Shown here piece by piece: positions 33,901-48,900 of a DNA stretch of 64,000 nucleotides. The position numbers were made by a program, and so were the translations under genes. Position 1 is the first letter of the stretch. Each line of letters begins with the position of its first letter. Origin of the DNA: Hypanus sabinus (taxonomy: Eukaryota); the NCBI RefSeq assembly GCF_030144855.1, contig NC_082732.1, positions 21,762,001 to 21,826,000 on the forward strand, given 5' to 3'. The notes beneath the pieces are model-generated. The model saw only the letters and a program-made list of their open reading frames with translations. It had not been told where the DNA came from and ran no database searches.

Positions 33901-36900
33901 AGATAATCGATATATTGAACTAAGATGTTAATGCCGATCCTGTTAGAAGTAACGACGGTAGATAATGTTTATGCTTTCGTTAGTTAAAGAGTCGCGGATA
34001 GTTTGCATGGAAGTGTATTTAAAGTAGTCAATGGAGCAGGTAAACTCTCCCTGTATACTGCACCTTAGTGTAATGTAGTTATAGTCACCTTTGCAAGTAT
34101 TTACACTTGAAATGTGATATTAAGGAAGGAACAAATACTGTATCAATCTTGTATTGTTTTATCAACAGTTTTCACCATATGTTAATGTGAAGAGTGAACA
34201 GTAAATGGTTAATCTTACTGCGATCTGGTTTGCATTGGCTGTGGTTTATCCGGACGTTAAATTCGGCGTTCGTTACACCCGAAGGAAACGTTACACAGCC
34301 ATCAATTCTGCCATCCAGATCATTAATACATAATGTAAAAAGAAGAGATTCCAACACCAATCTCTTTGGAACTGTTAGTCACTGGCAGCCAACTAGAAAT
34401 GACCCCCTTTATTCCTTTCTGCTTCATTTCAGTTAGCCAATCATCTATCTTCCCTGTAATACCATGGGCTCTTATCTTGCTTTGCAACCTCATGTGCGAC
34501 TGCTTGTCAAAGGTCATCTGAAAATCCAAGTAAACAACATCCACTGACTCTCCTTTGTTCATCCTGTCCGCTATTTGCTCAAAGAATTCCAACTGATTGG
34601 TCGGGCAAGATTTCCCTTTAAGGAAACCCTGCTCACTTATTGCATGTTCAAAAATACTTAAGCAGGTAGCATCACGAAATAAAAGATACAGAGGCAATCA
34701 TGAACAAATAAGTATAAATTAAAAAGAAACTAAATACAATTAGAAAAAGCTCGCCCTCAATTTGTTTTTTTACATTATTACCCAATTCTTTCTCTGATAT
34801 GGTGTAATTTCAACCTTACCAGAGAATCAAACTGAAGAAATGTTGAATAATTATAACATGAACAGTTCTCTCCATTCATAAAATGATTTTTTTTTTTTTG
34901 TTTACAACACTAAATACTACATTTTTTTAAACTATAAAGATGGCAGCCACTGTTATTCCCAGGATTACAATGCCTCCCTTTTTAGCGACATCTGTAAGTG
35001 CGATTACCATTTCAAACTACTAACAACATGGCAGATACAAGCAGCCCAATACTGGATGTGTGAGATAGTTACTACCTAACATCCTGAGAAGCTTGCACTT
35101 CCACATTTTTAAAAAAAATACTACTAGTTATTTTAAAGTCTATACTCTTATTAAGTAATATATTTAATATCATGCATTTGTCCAACATATCCATTCAACT
35201 GCACTTCTCTAAGTTGGTGTATCTTTTTTGGCTGTCTGAGACTAGTGTTACGTGTACAATGTTTGCTCATTAAATAACTTGGGGAGCTTATTCTCATCTA
35301 GTGTGCAATGTATCCCTTGACAGTCACTCTTGATTAGATTCAATCCAGGAAATATTTTAAAACCCTAAGTATTCCTTACCTGTCTTTTTCCATTTTTCTT
35401 TTCTGGGGCAGAGTGTCTTTCATATTATTATGACATAGCAGTCCTGCTTCGGCACTCATATCATATTTTAGATCCTTAGACACTTCTTCACTAGTGACCT
35501 ACATTAAAACATTAATCCCATTTACTTACGAACAAATGAAAGGGCAGAACACATCTACATCTACAGAAAATGATACACCTGTTAACATTTAACTTCACAA
35601 AACATTCAGAAAATCATTTTAAGTCTTGCAGTTCATGTTAGACTTTTAAGTACTTTCCCTTCGATTTTTTTTAAACATTTTAAATCACAGGGTGTGCATA
35701 TTGCTGAGAAGATCAGCATTTATGACCTTTACCCCAAATGCTCTTGAATTAAGTTGTTTCCCAGGTCATTTCAGAGGATCTCTCTACTGCCATTATGACT
35801 CAGGAATACCGTCGCACTCAGATGTAGAAAGATTCTTCATCGCTGTTTCCATAACAATTCTGTTTTACCAGTCAGGGTTGTTATCCATGAATACAGTCCC
35901 CAAACCTGGAGACCAGTGGACCGTTCTTTTAGTCTTGCCTCTACTCTGACCTGTTTGGGATGGGTGACCCTCCCAAGAGCCAAAGCATAAAGCCCTGACT
36001 CCAGCCAACATCGCTCTCCGGGTCACTGAGGCACGAAACCTCCAAAGCACAGCAGAATTTCAGAGGATGGCTAAGAATTAACTACAAGAGTCACATAAGC
36101 TAAGAAAAAATGACATATCTTTTCCTGATGTTATTTTTTAAATCCAATGTTTACTATTCTGTACTACATATTATCAGTAATTAATTAACTGAACCCAAAT
36201 GCCCTGATTCCCACAATGAGATTGGAACTGTGTCAATAGTCCAGATCTCTGAAATATCAGTCAGTAACACACTTTCCCCACTGTACCTGGTATAATTACT
36301 TTTAATAACTCCCAATACTTAAATGACTAGACTATGTAGATTGTTAACTCTTTAGCTAAAACGCTAGGGGCAGGAGGAGTGAGAAAGAGATATGGCTAAA
36401 GGATGAGTGTAACTGTGACAGCTTTAAGCTTATTGTCTGACTTTAAACTTTCATAAGATCTGCCTAGAGGGAAATGTTTGAAATAGTTTTGAATTCATAA
36501 ATACTATAATCAATTTGACTTGCATACTACAGAGATTCAGCTCACCAGATTTTCAGCTTCCAAAATAGCGATCAACATTCTAGAACAGCTACAGCCAAAG
36601 TAGGAAATGTTCAAATTTGTAGAGAGTTTACATCTGATACCCCCCACCCCCCATGCTTCAATTAGAATCATGCCACCTCTAATTAACAGCAATCTCTTCT
36701 ATACTTGCCTTTACTTTTGTTCTTTGTCCGGCTTTTGGTTGTTTACTCATTTGAGATGGCATTTTCTTCAATTTGGAGAAATGTTGATCTTTTCCACTAA
36801 TTGATTTAAGATTTTTATTATTCTGCCTTAAATTCTGCTGGATATCAGATGGCAGTTTCACATCCACTACAGGCAGGTCATTAATCAGCTAGAAGGATAA

Positions 36901-39900
36901 AATACATTATTGTTATCCTCTGTAAATTACCACAATTGAGGTACTGTTTAACTAAAGGCCTCACACTCCAGCAATCAGGTTCTTCAAGTAATGTAACCTG
37001 AGATGTAAATGAGACAATTCAATCAAATCCATCCAACATCTCATGAATTTGATGTGCTTGGGGATGGAGAGTGTTTGACAAGGAAAGACAGGAAAGAAAA
37101 GCAGAGATGAGCATCTGCATCTAGTCTTATAAGGTGTCTAACAATTCCTTGTATGACGCCAAAGGTAGAAACAAGAACGCAGATTGATCCCAAGCCCTTA
37201 GTCATGGATAGCACAATGTAAAAGAAAAACAATAAACAGTAACAAATAGGTTAAAAATATTAAAAGAATGACCCTGGATTAGCTTAGCTCCATAGTACTC
37301 ACATTTCTGTAGCTGAGCAGTCTCTCAATCACCGGATGGTTCTGAACTGGGATTCGCTTTGCCTTCAGGACCAGATAAAAACTGATGTTTGTGCAGTAGC
37401 TGTAGATCACACACTTCATTAGTAATAGTACATATGTTCTCTTTTCTATATAGTATGTCACAGTCCTAATTTATTTAATACAAAACTCAGGTACAGTACA
37501 AGAAATCCCAATTTTCCATGTTAAGAGCTCTCAACTCTATACAATAAGCGCAGGTCTTCCAGATGTGCCTACCACATGGAGCTACTATTTATGTATCCAA
37601 TCATTCTCTGCTGGCTCAAACACAGAAAGCCAACCAAATTGGCTGAAGGCCGCTGTGAGAAATTATACACAGAATTAAAAGGGCTAAAGCCTGACTGACT
37701 TGTTTCGCAGCTTGGCTAGTCATGCTGTGCGAATAATGCTGCAAGGTAACTATTCTGCAAGGAAGGAGTGCTTGTTACATGAGAAAGCTGCTTTGTTGTA
37801 ACCACTAATCAATGATGCCTGGCAATGATCAGAGTACTATGTGATGACAAATGTTTAACAAGCAGCCCCAGACAGTGCTCAAGCTCATTTGATTACAGAT
37901 TTTCAAGGCTCTATGAGTGGGGGCTCTGTAATATCAACTGAGGCGCAAGCTTGCTAATAAACTGTATGTAATCTTAAGTAAACTATGTTTCACAATTATT
38001 CCCTTGGTCTGAACCTAAAGTCTTCCTGTAGAGAGGCAGATCATCAACTGGGCCTCGGGTAACAGAGTATAGAAGCCCTGTCCTCTGACAGCTTTGATGT
38101 AAAGCAAAGGCAGGGGCAGAGTTTTGTTGTGTCAAAGCCTGTAAACAATTTAAAAAGGATATTTGGAGAAGTAAAGTTGCTGTCAATAAATTTAATAACA
38201 TTATTATTTTGGAAATAATAACATCAAAAAGTATAATCATGAGATGCTCAATGAATAATTTTAAAGCCCACTTTATCCTTTACTTCCTAATCCACAGGTC
38301 GAGAAATCCAATTGAAACTAATGGGACATCCAATTCTCTGCTAGATCTACGGGTCTGAAATTTTCATCGGAATGGTGGCTCTTTATAAAAACTACCAGTC
38401 ACATCCAAGAACACCTGTCCTATTGATACTGGCACTTCCATGATATAGACGGCCAATGTCATGCTCATAGATGTTCACATGAATAACTTTCCAAGAAATG
38501 CACAAAAAATGTTAACATGGCATTGACACTCTTAGATCACAAGGCATTGTTTAAATTATTAGTCAAAAAATGCTTTCAGCTGCATTGGAATTTCCACTTA
38601 GCCACCTGATCAATGGCTATCAAATTGGGCTTTATTAAATTTACTTTATCTCCAAGAGTATCATGCTCTGAAAAGGGTCATGATTCTCTAAAATTATAGC
38701 AAAGAAACTTACTTCAGATACAGATGGTACTTTGTCTGTACATACAGGACATCCTGTGAAATGAACAAAATTTATTACAATATAATCAAGGCACACTGTA
38801 CCCCTCGATCCCCACCTACCACATATTGCGTTTATGTTCTCAGCATACCTTCTCTGCCGGTATCCTACCATTCTGCACCAGTTCCATCAGAGGCTGCAGC
38901 TCTTCCTTCAATTCTACAAGCTGCAAGAAAGAAATCACAAAACTATCAGTTTGCTTTGCAGAAATTTTAAAAACAATCCTAATAAGCAAGATACCAATAG
39001 CTAAAACAGAAATATCCAACTATCTTACTTCCTAGGTAACTCACAAACAGAAATATTTCTACATCTGCAAACTTCAGACATGCTTTGCCTTAAAGGGAAA
39101 GAAGTCCATTTGCCTATTACATTAAACAATCACTGGAAAATTATTTTATATTTAAGAAATAACAACTGTTTAAAAGATAAAGACAGTCAACAGGATTTCA
39201 TTCTAATCCAGGCTCCACTTCAGATCTCTTTTAATTCAACAGTTCTTTATTTTGTGAAGAATTATAGCCTGACCAATAATGTCAAACATGTACTTTCCCA
39301 AAAGCCAAGAGTAATCAATTTTTAAAATTTATAATCTATAATTTTTCCCAGTGCAGATAAGGAGCTACAAGTATTGGCTTTGAAGGAAAAGAACTTAAAG
39401 AGTCTGATCAGAATAATGCTAAGCTAACTAATCCCCTAATAACTAACAGTAACTGATGCCGATGTTTGAAAGAACCAAATCCTGTACTATATTCAACCTT
39501 CCATTTTCACACTTTTTCCCCTCATTTCATCTCCATTAATGTTCACAAGGTTAGGTCTTCATCTCACGCAGTGGTAAATCAGCCAAGGAACTTGTCCCCA
39601 TTTGGGAATGTTAACATTCAGGTCGGATGACACCTGGAATTCAGCATGGATAGAAGGTCTAAATGCACTAGCACTATAAAATCTCTGTGAATCCTCACCA
39701 ATAAAACACCATGTTTGTCAATGAAATAATATTACTTGTTCTTTAGAAATCAGAATCCATTAAAATATTCTTTTTTTACCTCTAGAACATTATATTACTA
39801 CTTTACTAATTTTCAACTTTTTCTGTGTGCCACCGAATATTCGGAAAACACAGTAAAACAGTTCAATGAACTCAAGCAACCAGCAAGCTTAGCCGACCTT

Positions 39901-42900
39901 TTCTTTGAAATCTTGGATGAGTTCCAGCAGCTCAGGTGACTCCTTCTTCAGCAGTTTCAGCTTCTCTTTCTGGGACATTTTGTTCAAATCTTTTTTAATT
40001 TTCAGATCCTTCCCAGAAGCCTTCTCTGCTTCCTGCTCTTGGGCGAATGCCTATGAAGAGAAAACTCTGTAATAATCAAATTGACTTTTTCAGCAAACCT
40101 TACTTCATTCCAGAATGCAGACGAGCAGTAACCCCATGGATGCCTCGTCCTAATGCTTATCTTTATTTGTACTCAGGCTGGCAGGAAATTTTATCACCTG
40201 GATCCATATAAAAAATGCTGCAGATTCATCAGCAGTCAAAGGAAAATTACCATTAGTGATTTCCTTCCCACCAAATACAAAGCAGACCTCAGCTCAGTCT
40301 AACCTGACTGAGATTAGCTGATAGGGTCAGCAACAAAAATCAAATACAAGCAACAGGACCATTTCCTGTCAGGGATTCATGCCTTTTTTCCAGCAGCACA
40401 GACAAAGTTGACTGCATTTGCAGAGGACCTTACATATTCCTGTCATTTGCAGTTGAGAAAAAGGGTAGGGAGCAGGGGGTGAATAAAGATGCCTTTAGGG
40501 CAGATAGTTGAGATTCAATGAAGCTAGGTTGAGCTTTGAGCTCAAATGTAAAATAAGAATACATATATGTTTTAAGATGAAAACAGCTTTACTTCTGTAA
40601 AAAGGACCAGAATACACAACTCTTCTAATCTGGAAAAAAGTATTCAGATCCTATAGAGAAGGGTCCAGAGAATGAAAAGCCAAAATTAATACAAAGATTA
40701 CGGTTCAGGTGCAGTGGCAGTTTAGAAGACCAGGCCAACTCAGGTGCACCCATGCCTCCACTTATTACCACTCAGTGTGGTTCATCACTGACCTTCTGAC
40801 AGATTTCAAAAATGCATCTCTGTATAGGCGATCCAGTAACTGGAGGAAAAGTACATCCTAAACAGGAAAAAAAAACTTCTACCTGTCGTTGAACTACCAT
40901 GGTTAATCTCATTCAAAAGGTATTGAGGGTTACCTTGTTTTTACTAGGGAGGAAATCAGCGGGTGATGGGGTGGAGATAGGTCTCTACCAAAGGATGTTC
41001 AAGCCCCTTCTTTTCTCTGCTGGCCTGCAGGTCACCCTTGGGCAAGGTGTAGCACCTGCTTAGCCTCCCTGATCAGGGTCATATGAAGCCATGAGAGCAG
41101 ATGGTGCATATCACAAGTCCTGGTTATGCGACAACTGATGCCAGGCAAACAATCTCTGAAGGGTACTGATAATGGCTGTTACCTGTCTTGTAAAGCCACT
41201 GCCTTAAAATCTACATTTTTAGCAGCCAAAAATGGATCGGATCTTTTTTTTTGACTGAGTTTAAAGGATCAGCAGAGGTGTGCCCCAAACACAGAATCAG
41301 GAAAATGGTGGTTTCACCCTGATCCAATATAAGTTTTAAAAATGAAGAAGATACCACTAACATCTAGAAGACAGACATAGTTAAAATGATTCAGAAATAA
41401 GTGTCACAGGCAGCCTAGGAATTGCTAGAATACTGTGCCAAAATATGCAGGAAATTGATTCCAATGACAGTTCTCACTAATTATCTTGGCACATCTAAGC
41501 TCGTGGCAAAATCTTTCACACCTCCACATGCCCGGTTAGTTACCTGAATAAGATCGAGTCCAAAGTCATCCTCAGACAGATTCTCTGCCAACCGTTTCTG
41601 AATATTTATAGCTTCTTGTTCCTCCTCCTCAGCCTCAGCCAGAGCTTCTGCTTGTTTCTTTCCACCTGCAAGTGTGTAAACAGCAAACGCTGAGATCATA
41701 CCATAAAGAACTATATCTCCTTGCATACAATCTCAAGATTGTTGGGTATACAATTGAGAAAGATTTGAAACTTTGTACAGTGGACTTTTATATTAAAGGG
41801 CAAATAAGGAAAATTCCTAAACTTCTGCCTCCCCATATCTCCCAGGACCAGTTTATGAAGTCCAACTACATCAAAGCACGGCCAGCATGCCACCCAGAGA
41901 CAAACCAGACATCTATCAAATTAAAACAAAACACTCCTATAAATCTCAACCACCCCATTGTATCTATTGGTTCAAAGATCTCATTACAAGTCAGAGACAG
42001 TATGTTGTATTTCTGAAGTTGTGGGTCAATGTGGTTAAAATCTACATTAGGGTGAGTTTGCATTGCCTCAGTTCAGATACACAACAATACGCCACAGGGG
42101 TGTTAGAACTGTAGAAGCCCATTTTCAGAGTGGTCGCCTCTTTCTGACTATGACAGTGATGACAAGGCATCTGTCTTGGGAGAAAAAAAAACATATAAAA
42201 TTGAACTGTCCTTGCAAACGGAAGGACAGAATACCCTCTGAAAATCCAGTTAACAGCTACAGAAATAAAAACAGACTAAAAAGTAGAGAAAGGTATATTA
42301 AAACACAGGACGTTTTAATGCATGTTCTCTTCTGGTACCAGTAAAAGCGCAATGACAAAAACCTGCCAACTTCTGCTAAATTTTAAAATAACACAACATC
42401 CAATAAATGGTAACAAATAGGTAGAAGGGATAATTATAGCTCTATACAGACTCCATCAAGTTAGTAAGACACAACTTGCCATAGTGACTGCCCCTAATTA
42501 AGCCATGGATCTCTAGGAATCCTCTTTAACAGCTTCACTGACACGAGCCACCAGTCTAGTTTCCAGGATTATCCCATAGAACATTAGCTACTCACCAGTC
42601 CTGCAGGACGTTGCCTGTGGCTACAGATGACATGAAGATATTAATCAAGGCCCTGGCACCCTCATCTCCTAGCTCTCTCAGTAACCTGCGGAATATCCCA
42701 TCAGATGCTAGGGACTTGCCCACCTTAATATTCTTTAAGAAAACAAATACTACCTCCTCCTTTATCTCGAAATACTCTTGTTATTAGCACGTTCCACACT
42801 GAAGTCCTTCTCCTTGTAAATACTGATGCAAAGCACTCATTTAGGAACTCACTTACATCCTCCACCTCCAAGTACATTCCCTCCTTTATCCTTCAGTGAT

Positions 42901-45900
42901 CCTTCCTGCTCCCCAGTTATCCTCTTACTCTTGATGCATGTATAGAATGCCTTCAGATTCTCTTTAATGCTACTTACAAAAGACTTTTCATGACCCTTTC
43001 TGATTTTCCTAATTCCTTCGAGATCTTTTATGGCTTCATCATAATCATCAAGAACTTTGATTTTAGCTTCTTACATACATTTGTTTTCTTTACTGACTAA
43101 ATTTACCACCTCTTTCGACATCCAAGGTTCTCTTATCTTGCCATTATTCTTACTAGAATGTACTTGTCCTGTACTCTATGCAGTCTTTAAACACCCTCTA
43201 CATGTCAGCCCAAAAACAGCTGCTCCCAATTAATGCTCTCTAGTTCCTGCCTAATACTTGCATAATTTGCCCTACTTCAATTTGATATACTCCTGCCAGG
43301 TATATATTTATCCTTACCTATAACCTGTCTTAAAGCTTAAGGAGTTGTGGTCTCTATTCCCTAACTGTCACCTGGCCAGACTCATTACCGAACACCCGGT
43401 CCAGTGCAGCCCTCTCCACCTCTAGTTGGACCCTATTGAGTTACAAATCCCCTAATGGATGTACTTGACAATTTCTGTCTCATTTTGCACTGAGATCCTA
43501 GTCTGTTTTGGGAAAGTTGAAGTCATCCATTACAACAGATCTGCTGTTTTTACCCATCTCGCTGATCTGTCTAAATATTTGTTCCTCAATGTCCTGGAGG
43601 CTATGGGGGGGGGGGGGGGGGGTGGTGGTGTCTATAGTATAATGCCATCAAAGAGATTGCACCTTTCTTATTTTTGAGTTCTACCCATATAGACTCAGTG
43701 GATGAGCCCTCCATTATATCACCTCTGATATTGTCTCTGATTAATAGCACAACTCACTCTCCCCACCCCTTTTACCTCTTCCTCTTTTTTTTCTATAATA
43801 CTGAAAACCTGGAACATTAAGCATCCATTTCTGTCCCTCTCTCAACCTGGTCACTGTTATGGCCATAACATCATACTCTAAGCTCATCACCCTTGCCCAT
43901 AATACTCCTAGTATTAATATACAAACACTTCAATCCATCTGTCCCATTGTATCTATTACCTCACTCCTTCCTGTTCCTACTAGTCATCATATCTACCTTC
44001 CTCTAAATCGCTCCTCTTTCTGACCTGGTGCTCTGGTTCACATCCCCTGTCAAATTAGTTTTACCCTCATTCCAGAAGCTCTAGCAAACCTCCCAGCCAC
44101 CAGGTTGACTCCACTCCAGTTAAGGTGCAACCTCCATCCCTCTTGTACAAATCAACCCTACCCTACCGATGATCCAAGAACCCAAAACGGTCTCCTACAC
44201 CAGTTCCTCAGCCACTTATTTATCTGTTCTATCATTCTATTCCTGCCCTGACCAATACATGGCACCAGGAGTAATCCAGATAACTACTTTTGAAATCCTG
44301 CTTTTTCACCTCTTTGCCACAGCATAGAATCACCTGTCCGTCGCCAACTCATGAGTTTCTTGTCACCACTCTTCTGCCTGACTTTACACTCTCCAGCTGA
44401 GCCTCAGAGCTAGCCACAGTGCCAAAGAGGCCAAATTCCAGTACTTACGAGGAAGCTCATCAACATAATCAGTACTATAATACGATTTCTTCTTCTGTCC
44501 CCAGGCCAATGCACTTGGGAGACCTGCAAAAGAAAAAGGTGTAGCAACAATGAATGTTACTATGAAGAAACAAATTCAGCATTTGCAGCAATATCTTCAT
44601 GTATTGATTGTTATTAAGAGTAACATTTATGGATTATTTCTCCAGGTCTCCACAAAAGCTTCAGGGTGGGCTTGGGCATGGAAAGAAATTAGTCATCTGA
44701 TGGATTACACAAAGTTTGATAATACCCCAGACCTAAACCAACCTTCTTCCAATTTGCCTTCAAGGTCACTATCCATGTCAACCTCTTCCTCGTATTCATC
44801 TTCATCATCTTCTTCCATTGCTTCTGCCTCTCCCTCATCATCATCATCTTCATCAGAATCAGCAAGGTCCAGAGGCATTACCTCTTCCTGTTTTAAAAGG
44901 ACATAATATGTAGCCATATATTTGATCCAATCTGTTAGTGCTTAATAAATTAATTTCTAGTAATATACTCTTGCTGCATGACAACAGAAGGGAAATATAT
45001 ACTGAACAGTATCAAACACAAGAGTTTGTCGGCAATTTTCTTTTAACTCAGTGAAAGCATAAAAATAGGAAAAAGGATATTCCATACAGCCTTCTGGACC
45101 AGCTCTCTCATTCAATATTATAGCTGCTTTCTCTTCACTCTCATTAACCACTGAAATGTAAAGTGGTAAAAATCTACAGATGGCCCCAAGTAAACAGCAG
45201 AACACTCAAGGCCCTCTGGAATGCAGAACGCCAAATCAAACGAGTTAAATAAACAAGAGGGGTTAAGATTATTGATGTAGATGGAAGGGTTGGACAAGTT
45301 CTTAGGAGACTGCAGTAATTGTATCAGATTTAGGAGGGCCAATGAAGCCTCATATTGTCATGCACGATACATCCCAATTCAGAAACATCATGCACACATG
45401 TTAAGAGCAGTGCGTGAGTGAATAAGGTGAACAAATAAAGCCACTTTAACCAATTTCAACTAACAGTTTGCAGAAAGTGGATGAAAGTGTTTACACTTTG
45501 AGCTGGCTGTAGTAAACAAAAACAAAGTAGAATGAAGTCATACATTTTATTTGTTATTAGTTGAATAAACTGGCAATGTAAAAAACCATTAGCTGCATTA
45601 CATTACAAATGACATAATTAACATCCATCACATACACAATCAGCCCGGACTGCATACAGAAATGTAACACCCACAGATCTCCAATAAGATTCTCAACAAG
45701 TTTCATTGTCTTCTGGTCCTATCAAGACCTTTGTTGGTGGTTTGAATAACTGACTACTTTCTTTAGTACCTTAAAGAGTGCATGAGAGAGCTCCTGGGTC
45801 AAGCACTGAAACCTAGGCTAGTTTTTCAGCACAACATAAGATATATCATCTTTCAGTTGAGGTTGTCTGGCCGTTCAAATAACAGTGGAAAGCTTGTTTG

Positions 45901-48900
45901 AAGGCCAGTAAGAGAAACTCTTCCACATTATTATTGTTTATTTTATATAGCCATGGTCTGATTGTGAGTTGTTGCAGTAGTTCAGTGTTGCCTACATTAC
46001 AACAGAGGCAAGAGTTTAAACTATTTCATCAGCAAAAACATGCTTTGGAATGCTCCACAATTCCTGTTTTCCCTCAAAGTGATGAGAAGAAAAAAAAATT
46101 CTGGACTGATTTTTAATCTACTTGTTCGACAGGGAATTTAGACATTACTCAAAAGGCTTTCCCAGAAGCTTGACCAACAGCCCAGCAGAATTGGACATAC
46201 ACACCTCATCAAGTGAATCTTCACTCAAATTATCACGTGCAGGTCCATCAGCCAGCAGCTTCTGAAAAACAAAATTGTAGATTATCCACACTGCAAACAA
46301 AGAGCATCAAGGCACCTCTGGACTCCTGATGCTAAAACTGCTTTGGGTGCACTTTAAAAATTACCTTGTATAAAAACTGCTGTCTTCCTGCTCCTCCTTT
46401 TACAACTTTCCCCAAATACAGATTATTTTAAGGTAGTATTTTGTCAATGTTTCACACTGAAAAATCAGTAAAATGCACAGCAAATTTCTTGTGTGGCAAT
46501 ACATATGTTATCGTTATTATGTCCCAAACTACCCAATATTGCTGCTAATTATAAATATTTTAAATCTTACGCTTACATTTATGATGGCAATTGCACTGTA
46601 ATTGTGTCATACTTTCATATCACATTCCTTCCCACAGCAACATTGATTTTCCAGTGAGTTTCAGCTGGCGCTGTGGAATAATTTATTAAACTCCCGAATT
46701 TCTGGAACTTCTGTTAATTCCACACCAAACCCCTACTTCTACTTCACCTGTGGTTTACAAATCAAATTATCTGGTTACCATAACATCACAGGAAACTAAC
46801 TAACACAATTTCATCTGTGCTTATTTTTCCCCCTTTATTGTAAAGATTATAGACAAGTCAAGTCACTTTTATGTAGTATTTCACACTTACCTCAAGTTTC
46901 TTCTCGTGAAATTCATCAACGTCGTCATTATAATACTCTGAGGAATTCTACAAGGAAAATGTAAGTGGTTTCAATCCAAACACAATTATCATATCCATCT
47001 CACACTTCAACATCATAATCACAAAAAAATTAACTAACTAAACCAAGCCTGCAAGATACCCCATTGCTATTCAAAGTTCCAAGGTTTCAAAATCAGTGAC
47101 TAAAAGTCTGGATCAACTTGCTCCCAATTCTTCAATGGAATGCAAATATAATCCCATAAGATTTATTGATTTCACTTGGAGATACAGTGGAGAACAGGCC
47201 CTTCTGAGCTACCCAGCAACCCATCTATTTAAACCCCGCCTAATCACAGGACAAATTACAATGAGCAACTAATCTACAAACTGGTACATCTTTGGACTGT
47301 GGGAGGAAACCAGAACACCTAGAGGAAAGCCATGCTCACAAGGGAAGGAATGTACAAAGTTGCTCACAAAGGATGTCGGAACTGATCTCTGAACTCCGAT
47401 GCCCCAAGCTGCAGTGGGGTCGTGCTAACAGCTACGTTACGTAGTCCTCTGAAGAAACTTACTTGCCATCTCTCCAATAACTTGGCTGTGCTGAAACCTC
47501 GTATTTTAAAATATGATTAAAGCTATATTAGCAGGGAGTTTCTATTTGTTCCCAGAATCTACTTTAATTCTTTCACACTAGCAAAGCACTGCAGGTGCTG
47601 GTAATATTAAATAACCAAAAACCTCACAGTCACTGATCCTCTCAAAGTTATTTGATATATCTAATTCCCTGACAATTTAAGCCGTTAAAATGTTTATTCA
47701 CTTTCCTTTTGAAAATTATAATGAGGGAGGGAGGAGAAGATGGCGGCGCGACACAGCACGCGCGGCCTCTCTGGTGAATGATATCTGGTATTTGTTAAGT
47801 AGGGATCCGTGCATAATTCTGATTTGATGGAGACAGACGTGAGAGCGTGGAGGAACATCTGGAGAAACTTCTGAAATGCCCGCTTCGCTGCCGCTGCTAC
47901 TGTGCGGTCCGGAATCTCCAGAGGAGAAGGCTTCCGAGACCTCGGCTTTGCTTGTTTCGGCAGCCGGGACGAGGACAAAGGCACTCGACAGAGGATGGCG
48001 CTCGGGAGGCTGTATCGGAGGGGCTGGTTGGAGGCTCGAAGTTTTCGGATGGACTCAGAGTCTGCTGTGGACGGGTGCTTCCAATGCATCAGTTGTCAGT
48101 GCCTGGAAGTTTATGGCAGGGAGAGTTTCTCCCTTTTTGCTGCCTGATATCGTGGACTATCAGAGTCGATCGGGACTTGAGACTTTTTTTAAAATAGTGC
48201 CCATGGTCTGCTTTTATCAAATTATGGTATTACTTTGCACTGCTGTAACTATGTTATAATTATGTGGTTTTGTCAGTGTGAGTCTTTGGTTTGTCCTGCT
48301 TTTTTGTTCCACTCTGGAGGAACATTGTATCATTTCTTAATGCATGCATGCATTTCTAAATGACAATAAATGAGGACTGAGTGCCCTCATAATCTAATGT
48401 AGTGGTCGCCAACCCGTCGATCGCGATCGACTAGTCGATCTTTGAGACTTTCCCAGTTGATCCCGAAAAAAAAGGGGAAAAAAAAATACTGTTGAGAGAT
48501 TGTTTCCAGGTTGTGGGGTTTTAGTTTCGTTCTTTCTGTCCAGAGCGCATGCGTGTAGCTCTCCCGCACTACGCAGTGTAATTCAGTGGTCCCCAACCAC
48601 CGGGCCGCGAGGAAACGATATGAGTCAGCTGCACTTTTCCTCATTCACTGTCAGCCCATTGTTGAACTTGAAGCCACGCAAAGTCATCAGGCACTAAACG
48701 CAGTGATACCCTCGCGCCAGGGATCACCGGTTGGCCTTGGGCAGCTGGCGGGAAGTGCCCTCACTACTGGCCTGGAGCGCTGCTTCTGAACCTGTTTAGC
48801 ACACCGAATGTTCATGGGGAACCCAGTGCTAAAATATTCACAGACAACCTAATTCAGACTCAGCGATTTGTAAGTATCAGAGTAGTTACCGCGCTGCGAT

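Noticed and set aside
35840-41200. Two short repeat fragments (about 35860-36050 and 40940-41200) resembling RTE-type 5' regions
   Set aside because: Probably dispersed repeats, but family, boundaries and any ribozyme fold could not be supported by eye
44550-44906. Ser-rich plus-strand ORF
   Set aside because: Antisense reading of the Asp/Glu-rich UTP3 exon 5
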